62,850 bases of DNA from IMG/VR virus record IMGVR_UViG_3300018080_000184, positions 1 through 62,850 of that record; one strand, given 5' to 3'. Positions 9,384-20,214 of this stretch are shown here, one piece after another. Both the position numbers and the translations under genes were made by a program. Position 1 is the stretch's first letter, and the number at the start of each line of letters is the position of its first letter. Under the pieces are notes generated by a model. It ran no database searches, had not been told where the DNA came from, and saw only the letters and a program-made list of their open reading frames with translations. Source of the stretch: a virus. Taxonomy: Duplodnaviria > Caudoviricetes.

Positions 9384-9410
9384 TGTGATATTCTCGCTGT
9401 GATATTCTCG
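9384..9410. repeat. 13-bp tandem direct repeat in a divergent intergenic region
   Basis: TGTGATATTCTCG at 9384-9396 and 9398-9410. Confidence 0.75.
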
Positions 9411-9426
9411 TGTTGGATAAAAAACG

Positions 9427-12381
9427 ATGGCTTATTCGTCAGATGAAAGAGACGCGGCCGCCGCGGACCTTGTGCAGGGAACCCTTTCATTTCCTCGAGA
9501 CCGCTTGGGTACGCGTGATGTTGCGGAACCTTTCGAGGAGGTGAAGGAGCTGACGTACTCAGCCTTCCTGTACGATCCGGATGCGATTTTCTACGCTGTG
9601 TATCTTGCGAAAAATTATCTGCTGCAGCATCTCAACGCAGAGCTCTCAACATGTCGGGAATTGCTGGACGCAATTGACGACTTGCGAATGCCCGAAAAGC
9701 CAGTGGAGGATATTTCTTCGATTGCGGATGCTCGAGCAGCGTTATCAATTATGGAATCCTCGTTGGCTCGCGCTGGCGTGGTGGGGGCGCAGGAGTATGG
9801 TCGGTACCGGGCGGCCATCAGGCGAGCCAAACGCGCATTCGGCGATCCCATCAAGCTGACCTACACGTATCGTGGTGCGTCGTCGGCCGTGCGAGACATC
9901 GTCCGGCCGGCTGCTGAAGCCAAAGAGGCCGTCGCTGCACAATTTTCGACGCTACGAACGCAACATGCGACGTTGCTGGAGCGGGCTGAGCAGTTGTCCA
10001 GCGCATTTCCTGAATATTTGAGCAGTAACCTAACGACCGCCATTGGCGTGCGGCAGGTGCGGCGGGCGGCGGATATCTTGTCGGCGAGACAAGAAGGCCT
10101 CGAGGCATTGAGCCCGGCTCAGAGGACGGCAAGCGCTCGGGAGACGCTGCTGGAAGTTCTTGCCAATACCGGTGTTATCGCAGCCTTGGCTGACCCCGTG
10201 CTCTCCGGTCAGCCGAAGCTCTTGCAGCCCATCAGTGCAGCACCGACATACCGTCTCTCGGCAACCGGTACCGGCACGGCTCCGAGCATTGAGGGGATTT
10301 ACAGCGCGCCGTGGCCACTGGAGGAGGGGGGAACGTACTTGCTGGAGGGCACCATCAACGGCAATCCCGTGTCCGTTGATCTGTTTCCGGCGGGGCCATC
10401 CACCGTACCGGGAATCCAGCCCGCCTCGCTGCGGTCGGCGAACAGGGGACCGTTCGCGCTGCATTCAGATCTCGCAACGCCGTGGCCGCTGCAATCGGAG
10501 TCTCGGCCCGGCGGCTTTGTCATCAATGCGACCAACGGAACCAGATTCTACGTTCTGGTGGATGGCATCATTCATAGCTGCGCGTTGACTACTGGGACAC
10601 GAACGGCGGCGCAGGTCGCCTCAGACATCAGCACGGCAGCCGCCCTATGGACGCCCGCCAATCCCATCAGTGCCTCTGCTGTTGGGGACCGGGTGCAGAT
10701 TGCGTACACCAACGGGTCGAATACTCCGGCCTACAACGACCGGCACATGGAGGTGCTGCAAGGCAACGACTACGCCTCGCAGCTGTGGCCGTGGCAGGTG
10801 GATGTGCCGGGTGGGCCTGTAGCCGGCGTGCGGTCGGATGGCTGGTCGGGCAACAACGAGCTCCGTTTACAACCAAATGCTCAGGACACTGCGAGCATTG
10901 TGTCCCTTCCGGAAGGCACCTGGCCCGATTACCTGGTGAACGCAGACGTGGTCGCACTTGCCATTGCGACGTCCGAGTTCGTTGCGAGTGCCAGTGGACC
11001 TACGGATTTTGTCACGCTCGAGTCGACAGTGCTCGGCGAAGGTTCCATTCTCACAATTCGGTCAGCGGGGGCGGACACGCCCAGTCAGCGCGGCGCCGAG
11101 ACACTCGGCTTTGCCGTCGGGTTTGAAGTGCGGGAGCATGATGTCGACGGCCGCGCGATCGCCAACGTGCTCAATAACGATGCAGCCTTTGCCGCTGAGG
11201 CTACGGCGCATCTGACGTATGAGTCCGTGTTTGAGTCTCGTGGCGCGACGGCCATCAACGATTTCACCCTTTCCGTTCCAGTCGATGAAGATCCTCTTGC
11301 GGGCTGGCCATCTTTGGGCGAGATAAAGCTGTCGGTGACGAGCGGGGAGAATCGGGGCGTCTACGTTCTGCAGGATGCGTCCTACGCGCCTGGGGTACTG
11401 ACGATCGAAGTGGATTTGCTCGAGCGAACTTTTCGTGAGCATGGGACAGCAAAGACGTACCACATCGTTGTCTACACGAGCTTGTTGCAGATCGTCTCAA
11501 ATGATGACTCGACGCTCGGCAGTATTCAGCTCAGCGACCCAGTCGGATCCGCGCGCCCCATTTTTGGTCTTCCACTTACGTTAGAGCGCAGCACGACCGG
11601 GACCGTGCTTGTCGAATGGAGTGATCCGGTTCTCGGCTGGCGAGCTTTTGATCTGCGGCGCCGGAAGCTCAAGCTCGGCGATCGCGTTTTGGATGGTCAG
11701 CGCGCGGATGTGACGACGATCACTGGAGTTGGGACATTGGAGTCTGGGCTTATCGGTGTCGACCCAGAAGTGCCCGCAGACCTGTTCATCGCCAATGCAG
11801 GATTCTCGGTTGAATCGGCGGCCTATCTTGCCTACTCCATCTTTCAAGAAGCCCTCGAGCTTTGGTTGGCGGGTGCGGGAACCTACCCTGCATCATTGGA
11901 CCAGCTTGACCGGCTGCTCAACCCCCTCATTCGAGTCAAACCGGGTCCTGACCGCGTCAACGTTGCGTACGACTACGTGAGCGCGCTGGTGACCTGGTTG
12001 GAGTACCTGCAGACGGCGATGACCACGTTCGTAGTCACTCCCGTTGGGGTCGTCGATCGTGTTCTACAGACGTTGCTCGAACGCGGCTACGACCGCATGC
12101 GAGAGCTGCTCTTGCTGGGCCGCGTGTCCGAGTTCTTCAGTACCACTTTGCGGAGCGCATCGTACTCCCAGTCTTTTGCTGGCGCGGCGACGGAAGTTGC
12201 CGTGGAAGACGTCAACGAGGGGAGCCTTGCGCGTGGCCGCCACACGGCGGACTACATGCGGTACGCCGGGGACTGGCGAGAAGACCGAGACCCGCTGGAC
12301 GAGTATCCTGATTTGGAAGACGAGCTGCCGGATGACCCCCTTGAGGAGTATTTTCCCGGCATCGATGAGGATGTGGGATGA
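9427..12381 (+). CDS. large putative baseplate/tail structural protein
   Basis: 984 aa, helical ends with beta-rich core; first gene of the baseplate cluster. Confidence 0.6.
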   Translation: MAYSSDERDAAAADLVQGTLSFPRDRLGTRDVAEPFEEVKELTYSAFLYDPDAIFYAVYLAKNYLLQHLNAELSTCRELLDAIDDLRMPEKPVEDISSIADARAALSIMESSLARAGVVGAQEYGRYRAAIRRAKRAFGDPIKLTYTYRGASSAVRDIVRPAAEAKEAVAAQFSTLRTQHATLLERAEQLSSAFPEYLSSNLTTAIGVRQVRRAADILSARQEGLEALSPAQRTASARETLLEVLANTGVIAALADPVLSGQPKLLQPISAAPTYRLSATGTGTAPSIEGIYSAPWPLEEGGTYLLEGTINGNPVSVDLFPAGPSTVPGIQPASLRSANRGPFALHSDLATPWPLQSESRPGGFVINATNGTRFYVLVDGIIHSCALTTGTRTAAQVASDISTAAALWTPANPISASAVGDRVQIAYTNGSNTPAYNDRHMEVLQGNDYASQLWPWQVDVPGGPVAGVRSDGWSGNNELRLQPNAQDTASIVSLPEGTWPDYLVNADVVALAIATSEFVASASGPTDFVTLESTVLGEGSILTIRSAGADTPSQRGAETLGFAVGFEVREHDVDGRAIANVLNNDAAFAAEATAHLTYESVFESRGATAINDFTLSVPVDEDPLAGWPSLGEIKLSVTSGENRGVYVLQDASYAPGVLTIEVDLLERTFREHGTAKTYHIVVYTSLLQIVSNDDSTLGSIQLSDPVGSARPIFGLPLTLERSTTGTVLVEWSDPVLGWRAFDLRRRKLKLGDRVLDGQRADVTTITGVGTLESGLIGVDPEVPADLFIANAGFSVESAAYLAYSIFQEALELWLAGAGTYPASLDQLDRLLNPLIRVKPGPDRVNVAYDYVSALVTWLEYLQTAMTTFVVTPVGVVDRVLQTLLERGYDRMRELLLLGRVSEFFSTTLRSASYSQSFAGAATEVAVEDVNEGSLARGRHTADYMRYAGDWREDRDPLDEYPDLEDELPDDPLEEYFPGIDEDVG

Positions 12382-12710
12382 CGGACAGACCGCTGTATGA
12401 CCAGCAGGCGGTGGACCAGATTCGGAAGGAGCTGGCCGCGGGTATGGCCTCCGTGCGAGGAACGGAGGTCACCAACAGCATCGCCGCCATCTCGTTTGAG
12501 GAGCTGCTGGCGAGAGCCATCAGCGATATTGAGGACGACGAGAGCGATATCCGGCCGGGGAAGTTGAGCGCTGTGCTGCGAACTCGCCAGCAGGTCGTCG
12601 ATGCGGTTGAGCGAGCCAAGCAGCTGCCCGCCTCAATGTTCGCACTGGCTACGAGGACCGTGAGCAACACACGTCCGGACGGGTCTGGCCCAGGAGGAGG
12701 CGATGGTTGA
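12378..12710 (+). CDS. hypothetical protein
   Basis: Coupled by overlaps on both sides. Confidence 0.6.
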   Translation: MTDRPLYDQQAVDQIRKELAAGMASVRGTEVTNSIAAISFEELLARAISDIEDDESDIRPGKLSAVLRTRQQVVDAVERAKQLPASMFALATRTVSNTRPDGSGPGGGDG

Positions 12711-13353
12711 TTTGCAGTTCGTGGAAATGCGCGACGTGCTCAAAGTCCTCAATGTTTCGCCAGTGCAGAATTCTGATCCCTACACACTTCATGTCAAAGG
12801 GCAAGATTTCAACAACACCGAGTACGTACTCATCAACGATGTCATGTCTCCCAGCGTCGTTGTCGTGTCATCGACGGAGATGCTCGTACAAGTTCCAACG
12901 GACCCAGCTGATCCAATCCGATCGGTTGTAGCCATCAGCAGTCGATTGACGCGGACAGATCGAAGTCGGATGAGCTTTCGGATCAGCGACACGCCAAAAT
13001 CCATCGACGGCTTTGAGCGGTTGATTCAGGCATTCATGAAGACCATGCTGCAGTCGCCTGGCTCCGACGTCTTCGCCCCGCTCGTTGGTGGTGGACTGCT
13101 TGCCTCGGTCGGGAAGCAGATGCGGGACAAGCACGGGGCCACAGTTGTTTCTGATTTCCACGCGGCCGTCACTCGAACGAAAAGTCAGTTGCTTGCTATT
13201 CAAACCAACGATCCCTCACTGAAAATGACAGAGCGGTTGCTGTACGCGCAGGTTGCAGATGCGCGATTCATTCCGCACGAGCTGACGCTTATCGGAAAAG
13301 TGTTGTTGGGCAATCAAGCTGGGCACAGCTCAGTTGTAGGGTTGGGGTTGTAG
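12703..13353 (+). CDS. baseplate wedge gp25-like protein with N-terminal Ig/IPT-like domain
   Basis: IDGFERLIQAFMKTMLQSPGSDVFAPLVGGGL gp25-like pattern, directly upstream of the baseplate J-like gene. Confidence 0.65.
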   Translation: MVDLQFVEMRDVLKVLNVSPVQNSDPYTLHVKGQDFNNTEYVLINDVMSPSVVVVSSTEMLVQVPTDPADPIRSVVAISSRLTRTDRSRMSFRISDTPKSIDGFERLIQAFMKTMLQSPGSDVFAPLVGGGLLASVGKQMRDKHGATVVSDFHAAVTRTKSQLLAIQTNDPSLKMTERLLYAQVADARFIPHELTLIGKVLLGNQAGHSSVVGLGL

Positions 13354-13355
13354 CC

Positions 13356-16300
13356 ATGTCGATTGAAAATTGGACGCTCTACATTCAGGAACGCCTGCGG
13401 GCATATGACCCAGAAATTGATTTAAACGCTGGGGCGCCGGCCACTGTGCAGATTGTCGACCCCATCGTCAACCGGCTCTCGCCCGATCCCATAGAGACTG
13501 ATCCGCTCAAGTTTATTCTTGCGCGGTTGCAGCAAGAATACCCCGAAGTCTACGCTCGAGAGGGTAGTGCCATTGCGGACTTGTTCGTCAAGACGCACCT
13601 TGTGCTGCTCGAGCCTTATCGGCGAGAAATTCGGAGCATTCGGGATCAACTTTCGTTGCAGTATCCCGATCGTCTGACGGCGGATGAGGCGGACGCGCTC
13701 GTTGCCAATTACTTCCTCTCGAGGCGGGCCGGTGATTACGCACGTGTGCGTGTCCGAATCTACTATCAGAACCCCGTATCGGTGAACATCAGCACCGTCA
13801 ATGTGGCGTACACGGCACGGGGCCTTCGTTTTCTGCCAGTCGAGACGCAGAGCATCACGGCCGAAGCGATGCTCTTCAATGTTGATGGCAATCTCTACTA
13901 CTTTGATGTGAACTACATCGCCGAGCGTCCCGGAACGGCGTACAACGTCGCTTCCGGCGAGATCGCAGGCGTTGTTGGTTTGACGGCGGCGACGCGCGCG
14001 ACAAATCTGGCGAAAGCTTCGCCCGGCACGGCAGAAGAGACCACGCCCGCTTTTATCGCACGTGCCGAGGAATCCATTGGTGAGCGCTCGCTGACGAACG
14101 TGTCTGGTATCGTCAGCCAACTCTTTGAAACCTACTCCGAGCTGCAAACGTTGCAGATCATCGGCTTCAACGATGTGGAGATGCAACGCGATGTGCTCAC
14201 CGGCGGCAACCTTGGAGAGATTCTTTATTTCGGCGCTGACGGGGCGACAGCCGATGATGGTGATGTCGATGGCTACACCACGTACTTTGACGTCGTGAGC
14301 TCCATCGACTTCACGGCAACATTCGGCCCGGTCGGTACGGACATTTCTGGCTATACGCTGACGGCCATTTTTCCAACTGGCCCCGTCGACTATCGGCTCT
14401 CTCGCGTTTTGGGAGCGACGAGGGTGAGCACAAGTGAGACGGGCGCCAACCGTTTTCCGGAGCCACATGCGGCGCTGGATTGGATGATTCGGAAGAGTCA
14501 GATTTTGACGCTGTCCGGAGTACCTGGCGGCATTCTGTTTCCAGATGTTGGCGGCACAACACTCGACGTGCCGGACAATGAGGTCCACGTCGGCAACTGC
14601 ACGGATCTCTACGTTCGCGGCGGAACGCCGGAGGACAAGGCTCTGGCTGTCGAGCTCGTAGCGGACCAATTGGCACTTGCGCGGCGGGAGGATGCGCGGA
14701 CGACCAACGGCAGTCCGTGGATTACGCTGCAGGATCTGACAGATGAGGAGAAGGCGACCGTCGTAGCTGGCGAAACATCATTGGTGCTCGAGGAGGGCAG
14801 TGACGCTGGTAGCTACCGGATTTTGGAAATTTCCGGCGCGGCACCCTACCAGGTGCGCGTTTCCACGAACATGACTGGGCCCGGCGTTGTGACAGACATC
14901 TCTTACGTGCTTGTTGATGACCTCGACGTGGATTTGTTGGAGCCCAAGGAGATCAGGTATGTCGGCGATGATCTGAAAACCATTGCCGGTCAACCGATCC
15001 TCTCAACGGTCAGCGGTCTTCCTGACTTCACCTCCGTTGGTGTCGTGGACACGGATTACGTGGAGATTTTGAATGGCGAGGATGCGGGAACCTACGCGAT
15101 TGCCGTGGGTGGGGTGGCGGCCGCGCAAATCACGCTTCAGACCAACATGACCATTACAGCCTCGCCACTCCAATACCGTATCTACCGACGGCAGACCGGC
15201 ATTGACTTGCCGTTGCTGCGGGTGACGTCCATTGAGCGTCTGGATAGCACGCTGGAACCTACCGGCGAGATGATTCCCTACAGACACCCGATCGAGGCTC
15301 TTTCGCGCAGCTTTCAAAATCCTGGTCGCGGAGCGAAGGCCGGGACCGCTATCGAAGCGACTTCTGATGACTTGACGCGCGATGCGCTCAATTTCGATGT
15401 GGTGGCCAGCTCGGGGCTCATCAACTACTACCAGCTTGGTGTACGGGAAGGAGACATTGTCAACATCCTCACGTCCGACAATCAGGGATACTACACTGTC
15501 GCGGAGGTGGGTGGTCACCCTTCAGCAGTCATCGCAGACAACGAGCTCCGTGTGGATCGGGAACTGGCGTGGCCGGCAAGCGGGATGGAGTATGCGGTTG
15601 GTGATCCATCGTACGGATCGTTCCGTTTGCGTTTTGTCGATCCATGCACATTTTCGGTAACTGCAGATGAGGCGACTTTTTCGGTGACGGACGCAAGCGG
15701 CGCGACACTGTCCTTTCGACCCGATCCTAATCTTCTGGACGAGTTTTTGCCGACGGCTTCGACCGTTCCCACCATCACTTTGGCAAATGGGTCGGGCACT
15801 GTAGTTCCATATTCGACTGATGGTGGAACCAACATTGACGCTCTTCGTTACGGTGTCCAGGTCGGAGATCGCGTCGAGATTACCCGTTATCCGTCGATCG
15901 GGTCAGTTGATCTTGCACCTGGATCAATCAACCTGGATGCCAAAACTTTACGGATCAACGTTGGTTACGGTGTCGAGACTGTCACCTTTTCGGGGACGGC
16001 CCTCAGTGCAGACGAAGTCATTTCACAACTGAACGCGCAGCTGAGCCGATCTGTAGCTGTGAAGTACGAAGATCCGGTGACCTACCCCGGGGAATATTAC
16101 GCTATGTTGCGTGGGGATCATGAGATTGCCATTGAGGACAACAGTGCGGCGGGCGCTGGTGACGCCACGGCCCAGGTTTTTGGAACGGATCGTTCCAAAT
16201 TCCAACCTTGGTTGGCGGGCACATTCGTTGGCGTGCAGACATCCAATGATGCGCCGACAGGACACGGCGGGTACTTCCTTGTTGATTTCCTTGCGAGCTA

Positions 16301-17126
16301 TCCGACCGGCGCGCTCACGCTGACAGAGACTGACGGCAGTGTGTGGGCGTCAAGCTACGATGTGCCAAACACACGTGGTCCCTACATCCACGTCAACCGC
16401 AGCGGCCGCCAGCGGATTAGCTCAACGGCCATGGCCGACCAAATGGATGATCTTGGGTATTACTATTTTGACGTGGAATGCATCAGTGAGGGTCATGGGG
16501 ATTTTTGGAACATTGAGGCTGAGCTCCAGGCCACAATAGCGGGGTATGATTCCGAAGGTTGGGAGATCAATACCGAAGATGAAAACACATCTTACTCTAT
16601 GGCAGAAGCTCCGTGGATTGCTATTTCACCTCGCATCCTTATCGTTGGCAACGAAGACGATCCTGGTAATTACCGGGAGCTGTCTGGAGACAATATCCAA
16701 ATTGCGTATGAAAGGGACCCGCTTGTAGAGCAAATCCACGATTACGTTCGCGACCCGCAGACGAGAGATGTTTGCCAGAATCCGCTGGTGCGCTCGCTCT
16801 TTCCGGTTTTTGTGCGTACCGCCATCACCTATACTGGCGGCAGCACCGAGGCCGACATTCGCGAAGATCTGACTGAACTCATCGAAGCTGTGCGCCCAGA
16901 GGATTCGTTGGCCGTGTCGAGTATGGTCAAGACCATTGAGGATACGGGAGCCAGCAAGGTGAACCTGCCCATCAGCCTGACAGGCATTGCGCACCAGAGC
17001 GATCGCACAATCTCGTTGGAGCGTTCGGAGGATGCGCTGTACGTGAGCCGGCTCGCTGCCCTGATACCAGACGATGCTGGCACCGATGCAGGCGCAAGCT
17101 ATCTCATTCTCACGCGCGTAATTTAG
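13356..17126 (+). CDS. baseplate J-like wedge protein (extended)
   Basis: N-terminal EGSAIADLFV, IAERPGTAYNVASGEI and GTAEETTPAFIAR baseplate-J motifs; 1256 aa. Confidence 0.75.
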   Translation: MSIENWTLYIQERLRAYDPEIDLNAGAPATVQIVDPIVNRLSPDPIETDPLKFILARLQQEYPEVYAREGSAIADLFVKTHLVLLEPYRREIRSIRDQLSLQYPDRLTADEADALVANYFLSRRAGDYARVRVRIYYQNPVSVNISTVNVAYTARGLRFLPVETQSITAEAMLFNVDGNLYYFDVNYIAERPGTAYNVASGEIAGVVGLTAATRATNLAKASPGTAEETTPAFIARAEESIGERSLTNVSGIVSQLFETYSELQTLQIIGFNDVEMQRDVLTGGNLGEILYFGADGATADDGDVDGYTTYFDVVSSIDFTATFGPVGTDISGYTLTAIFPTGPVDYRLSRVLGATRVSTSETGANRFPEPHAALDWMIRKSQILTLSGVPGGILFPDVGGTTLDVPDNEVHVGNCTDLYVRGGTPEDKALAVELVADQLALARREDARTTNGSPWITLQDLTDEEKATVVAGETSLVLEEGSDAGSYRILEISGAAPYQVRVSTNMTGPGVVTDISYVLVDDLDVDLLEPKEIRYVGDDLKTIAGQPILSTVSGLPDFTSVGVVDTDYVEILNGEDAGTYAIAVGGVAAAQITLQTNMTITASPLQYRIYRRQTGIDLPLLRVTSIERLDSTLEPTGEMIPYRHPIEALSRSFQNPGRGAKAGTAIEATSDDLTRDALNFDVVASSGLINYYQLGVREGDIVNILTSDNQGYYTVAEVGGHPSAVIADNELRVDRELAWPASGMEYAVGDPSYGSFRLRFVDPCTFSVTADEATFSVTDASGATLSFRPDPNLLDEFLPTASTVPTITLANGSGTVVPYSTDGGTNIDALRYGVQVGDRVEITRYPSIGSVDLAPGSINLDAKTLRINVGYGVETVTFSGTALSADEVISQLNAQLSRSVAVKYEDPVTYPGEYYAMLRGDHEIAIEDNSAAGAGDATAQVFGTDRSKFQPWLAGTFVGVQTSNDAPTGHGGYFLVDFLASYPTGALTLTETDGSVWASSYDVPNTRGPYIHVNRSGRQRISSTAMADQMDDLGYYYFDVECISEGHGDFWNIEAELQATIAGYDSEGWEINTEDENTSYSMAEAPWIAISPRILIVGNEDDPGNYRELSGDNIQIAYERDPLVEQIHDYVRDPQTRDVCQNPLVRSLFPVFVRTAITYTGGSTEADIREDLTELIEAVRPEDSLAVSSMVKTIEDTGASKVNLPISLTGIAHQSDRTISLERSEDALYVSRLAALIPDDAGTDAGASYLILTRVI

Positions 17127-17434
17127 TCGCCTTCCGGATCGAATATTGGCAACTGCGGCTCCAGGCGAGCAAGGTTTCCCATCTCCAGGACAAGCCGAGT
17201 GAAGGGCTCGAAGAGGCAGCCACAGTCGAGGCAGCGGCAATTTTTTCTTGGTATGGGTCGGTCCGAACGCAAAGCGTGTGCGACATCCAGTTCCGGACTG
17301 CAACTTCCACCGCAACGCGGACAGTACGCGTCATCGTAAATCGCCTGGTCTGCCTCGACGAGCTTGGTGAGTACGTCCTCCGCCCCCGCGAGAATATCGG
17401 CCAACGTGTCCCGTGCCATTTCCTTGAAAGTCAT
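17123..17434 (-). CDS. small zinc-ribbon protein
   Basis: CPRCGG and CLDCGC pairs. Confidence 0.7.
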   Translation of the reverse strand: MTFKEMARDTLADILAGAEDVLTKLVEADQAIYDDAYCPRCGGSCSPELDVAHALRSDRPIPRKNCRCLDCGCLFEPFTRLVLEMGNLARLEPQLPIFDPEGD

Positions 17435-17469
17435 GGACTTATAGTATACTTGGGTGTCGAGGAGACAGA

Positions 17470-20199
17470 ATGCCTTTTCCAACTACTGATTGGCCGACGT
17501 CCTATGACCCCATCGAAGACCGTACGGATGCCGTTGATATTGTGGCGGCTGATGACTTCGATTATCAGGACAATCAAGTACGTCAACTGCAGTCGTGGTT
17601 GGGAACCACCGGCAAGCTCATTGGCGAGGATGTGGCAGGAGCCGGCCCATCGGGACTTGCCAGCCCGGAAGCCGACGGCGGCATTGCTCACACGCTGGCC
17701 GCTCGCAACGCGTTCACAACGGGCAAGCTCCTCAGCGCTGGTGATGCATTCGACGCCGTCTATGTCGAGAAATTATTTCTCTCTGCCGCTGGAAGACTTT
17801 GGGCGAAAGACGGCGTTGACATAAATGATTCTGAATTTCTTCGTATTCCGGTTGGCGGCACGCTTCCGGTGACCTTCGACTCCGGGCGGCTCTTTTACAA
17901 AACCGGGGCAAGCGAGGGACTGAAGGTTGCGGACGGGGCTGCCTGGGGCGATGTCGGTGGGGGTGGAGCGCAGGCGGAGCAGTACATTGTTGGCAACGCT
18001 CCTAATGGAGATACGGCTGCCATCTGCAACTATCTCGACACCGGGAATGGGGCGCAGCTCAAACAAGCGATCGACGATGCCAAGGACACTGGCGGCGAGG
18101 TCTATATTCGCCCGGGCGTCTACGATTTTTCGCAACCAGGCGGTCCCACAACCGTTGTTGAAGTTCGACGCTGCAAGGTTCGCGGCTCCTCGAATGTGTA
18201 CAGTCCCTCGCCTGGCGTGGAAATCCGAACGAGAACAGACACGACTCTGAGCTTGTTCTACGTCAACAACGCGCTGCTCTCCGATCTCAACATAACGGTG
18301 CAGACACCGACAGCTCCGTGCGTTGGAACGTACATTGTTCGGAACACTGGGATTTGCGAACGAGTGGTCGTCGATTTTTCGTCACCCTCATGGTCGCCTG
18401 GACAAATCTCTGATGGCGGCATCGATTCGGTGTTCTATCAGACAACGCCCATCGCTCAGCTCATTGACTGCAGCGTTGGTCGATCCGCATTCGCGCCCGC
18501 TTTCGACCCAACCGCGCCCGGCAACTACCTGGCATGCGTTCGAGCGGCACATACAGATTCCACTGACCCATCGTACGTGTACGGCGGACGCCTGCACGGG
18601 GGTGACTACGGCATTTATGTAGACGGCGCACGCGTCAACGTTCTCGACGTGAAGACGTACCGAGCCTCGCTAAACGCGGTGGCTGTGGTCGGGGCCGCCT
18701 GGGGACGGATTGCCGGCTCCCACTTGGCCACGCGCTTGACCCCACCGAGCAGCCACGGTGTGGTCATCGATGCTGCGTCATCACGATGGGATATTTCTGG
18801 CAACGTCTTTGGCGACATACGTACCGGTACCGACGCGCTCAATGTGGGCGGCAGCTACTGCACCATTCGAGGAAATCGATCGCTTTTCCGCGGCATCAAT
18901 CTCTTGGTGAGCAGTTCCAACAATATTCTGGTGGCCAACCGCATGCCCATTCCATTGGTCGATGCGGGCACGGGCAACCTTGATCTGGACGCAGGCATCG
19001 CTGGAGCAGACCCCAACGCCATTCATGTCAACGCCTCTGGAGAGATTGCTGGAGTTGCGGCGAAGACCACACCAATTGCCGGTGATCTGCTGGTCATTGA
19101 AGACTCGGGAGCCGCGAACGTCAAAAAGAGTCTGCAGATTGGGGATATTTCTCATACGCTGCTCGACGACATTGGATCGAATAGTCATAGCCAAATTGAT
19201 TCGCACCTTTCGAGCATTCTCAATCCGCATTCGGTGACGAAATCCCAAGTCAGTCTCGGGAATGTGACGGATGACGCGCAGCTCAAGCGTGCCGGAAATG
19301 ACTGGTCTGGCTTTGGAGAGATCACCTCTCCAGCGAGCGACGACATCCTGCTCATGGAGGATACGGACGACTCAGGGAACAAAAAGCGTGTGCAGATCAC
19401 CAATCTGCCGAGCACCGACTCGGACGCTATTCACGATAACGTCTCGGGAGAAATCTCGATCGTGACGGAGAAGACGGTTCCCGTCACGACTGATGTCCTG
19501 CTCATGGAAGACTCCGCCGCCACCTATGCCAAGAAGCGGGTGCAGATTGGAAACCTTCCGGGGTACGGAAGCGTGTCATATGGAGGACACGAAGAAGATA
19601 TTCCTCCTGGAGCACCTTCAGCGAAGGACGACGAGTTCGCGGGCGCCAGCCTCGATCCGAAATGGGTGTGGCTGAATTCCGGAGCTCCCGCCGGCGGCGG
19701 TGAGAGTTACGGGGTTGCGAATGGCCGTTTCTACGCAGTTCTTGATCCGGATACGCCGGCTTTCGGTGACCAGCACACAATGGCCCAAACCGTCCCGGCA
19801 CAGAATTTCGAGTTCTATGCGAAGGTGTCGTGTCAACGCTTCGTCAATTTTCATTCAGTCGGCATCGGTCTGTTCGCCACCTCGAAATACGCAAATATGT
19901 GGTTGGGGCACAGGGCTGCTTACGGCGAATTCACCGGCTTGGTTCAAGAGTACGACACCGGCTTCATCGACCACTACACCTGGCCCGTACCGAATGACTA
20001 CGGGATATTCAAGATCTTCCACAACATCACGACCAAGCTGACCAACTTTTCCTTTACGGTAGACGGCTTTACATACACGCAGCTGTTTTCAAAAACGCTC
20101 ACGTGGACACCGACACACTTCGGGATAGATATGCTTGCCTACAATGCGTCAGTGGGTATGGTCTGTAATGCATATTGGTTTCGCGTGAATTTGTTGTAG
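17470..20199 (+). CDS. tail fibre/tailspike with right-handed beta-helix, internal repeats and C-terminal lectin-like domain
   Basis: LKQAIDDAKDTGGEVYIRPGVY beta-helix start; HLSSILNPHSVTKSQVSLGNV fibre motif; DDEFAGASLDPKW ConA-like start. Confidence 0.8.
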   Translation: MPFPTTDWPTSYDPIEDRTDAVDIVAADDFDYQDNQVRQLQSWLGTTGKLIGEDVAGAGPSGLASPEADGGIAHTLAARNAFTTGKLLSAGDAFDAVYVEKLFLSAAGRLWAKDGVDINDSEFLRIPVGGTLPVTFDSGRLFYKTGASEGLKVADGAAWGDVGGGGAQAEQYIVGNAPNGDTAAICNYLDTGNGAQLKQAIDDAKDTGGEVYIRPGVYDFSQPGGPTTVVEVRRCKVRGSSNVYSPSPGVEIRTRTDTTLSLFYVNNALLSDLNITVQTPTAPCVGTYIVRNTGICERVVVDFSSPSWSPGQISDGGIDSVFYQTTPIAQLIDCSVGRSAFAPAFDPTAPGNYLACVRAAHTDSTDPSYVYGGRLHGGDYGIYVDGARVNVLDVKTYRASLNAVAVVGAAWGRIAGSHLATRLTPPSSHGVVIDAASSRWDISGNVFGDIRTGTDALNVGGSYCTIRGNRSLFRGINLLVSSSNNILVANRMPIPLVDAGTGNLDLDAGIAGADPNAIHVNASGEIAGVAAKTTPIAGDLLVIEDSGAANVKKSLQIGDISHTLLDDIGSNSHSQIDSHLSSILNPHSVTKSQVSLGNVTDDAQLKRAGNDWSGFGEITSPASDDILLMEDTDDSGNKKRVQITNLPSTDSDAIHDNVSGEISIVTEKTVPVTTDVLLMEDSAATYAKKRVQIGNLPGYGSVSYGGHEEDIPPGAPSAKDDEFAGASLDPKWVWLNSGAPAGGGESYGVANGRFYAVLDPDTPAFGDQHTMAQTVPAQNFEFYAKVSCQRFVNFHSVGIGLFATSKYANMWLGHRAAYGEFTGLVQEYDTGFIDHYTWPVPNDYGIFKIFHNITTKLTNFSFTVDGFTYTQLFSKTLTWTPTHFGIDMLAYNASVGMVCNAYWFRVNLL

Positions 20200-20214
20200 G
20201 AAGGTTGTGCGTCG

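Noticed and set aside
13422-14669. Long antisense ORFs (also 28910..29803, 27919..28809, 30926..31687)
   Set aside because: Shadow frames of GC-rich genes with no recognisable motifs or RBS
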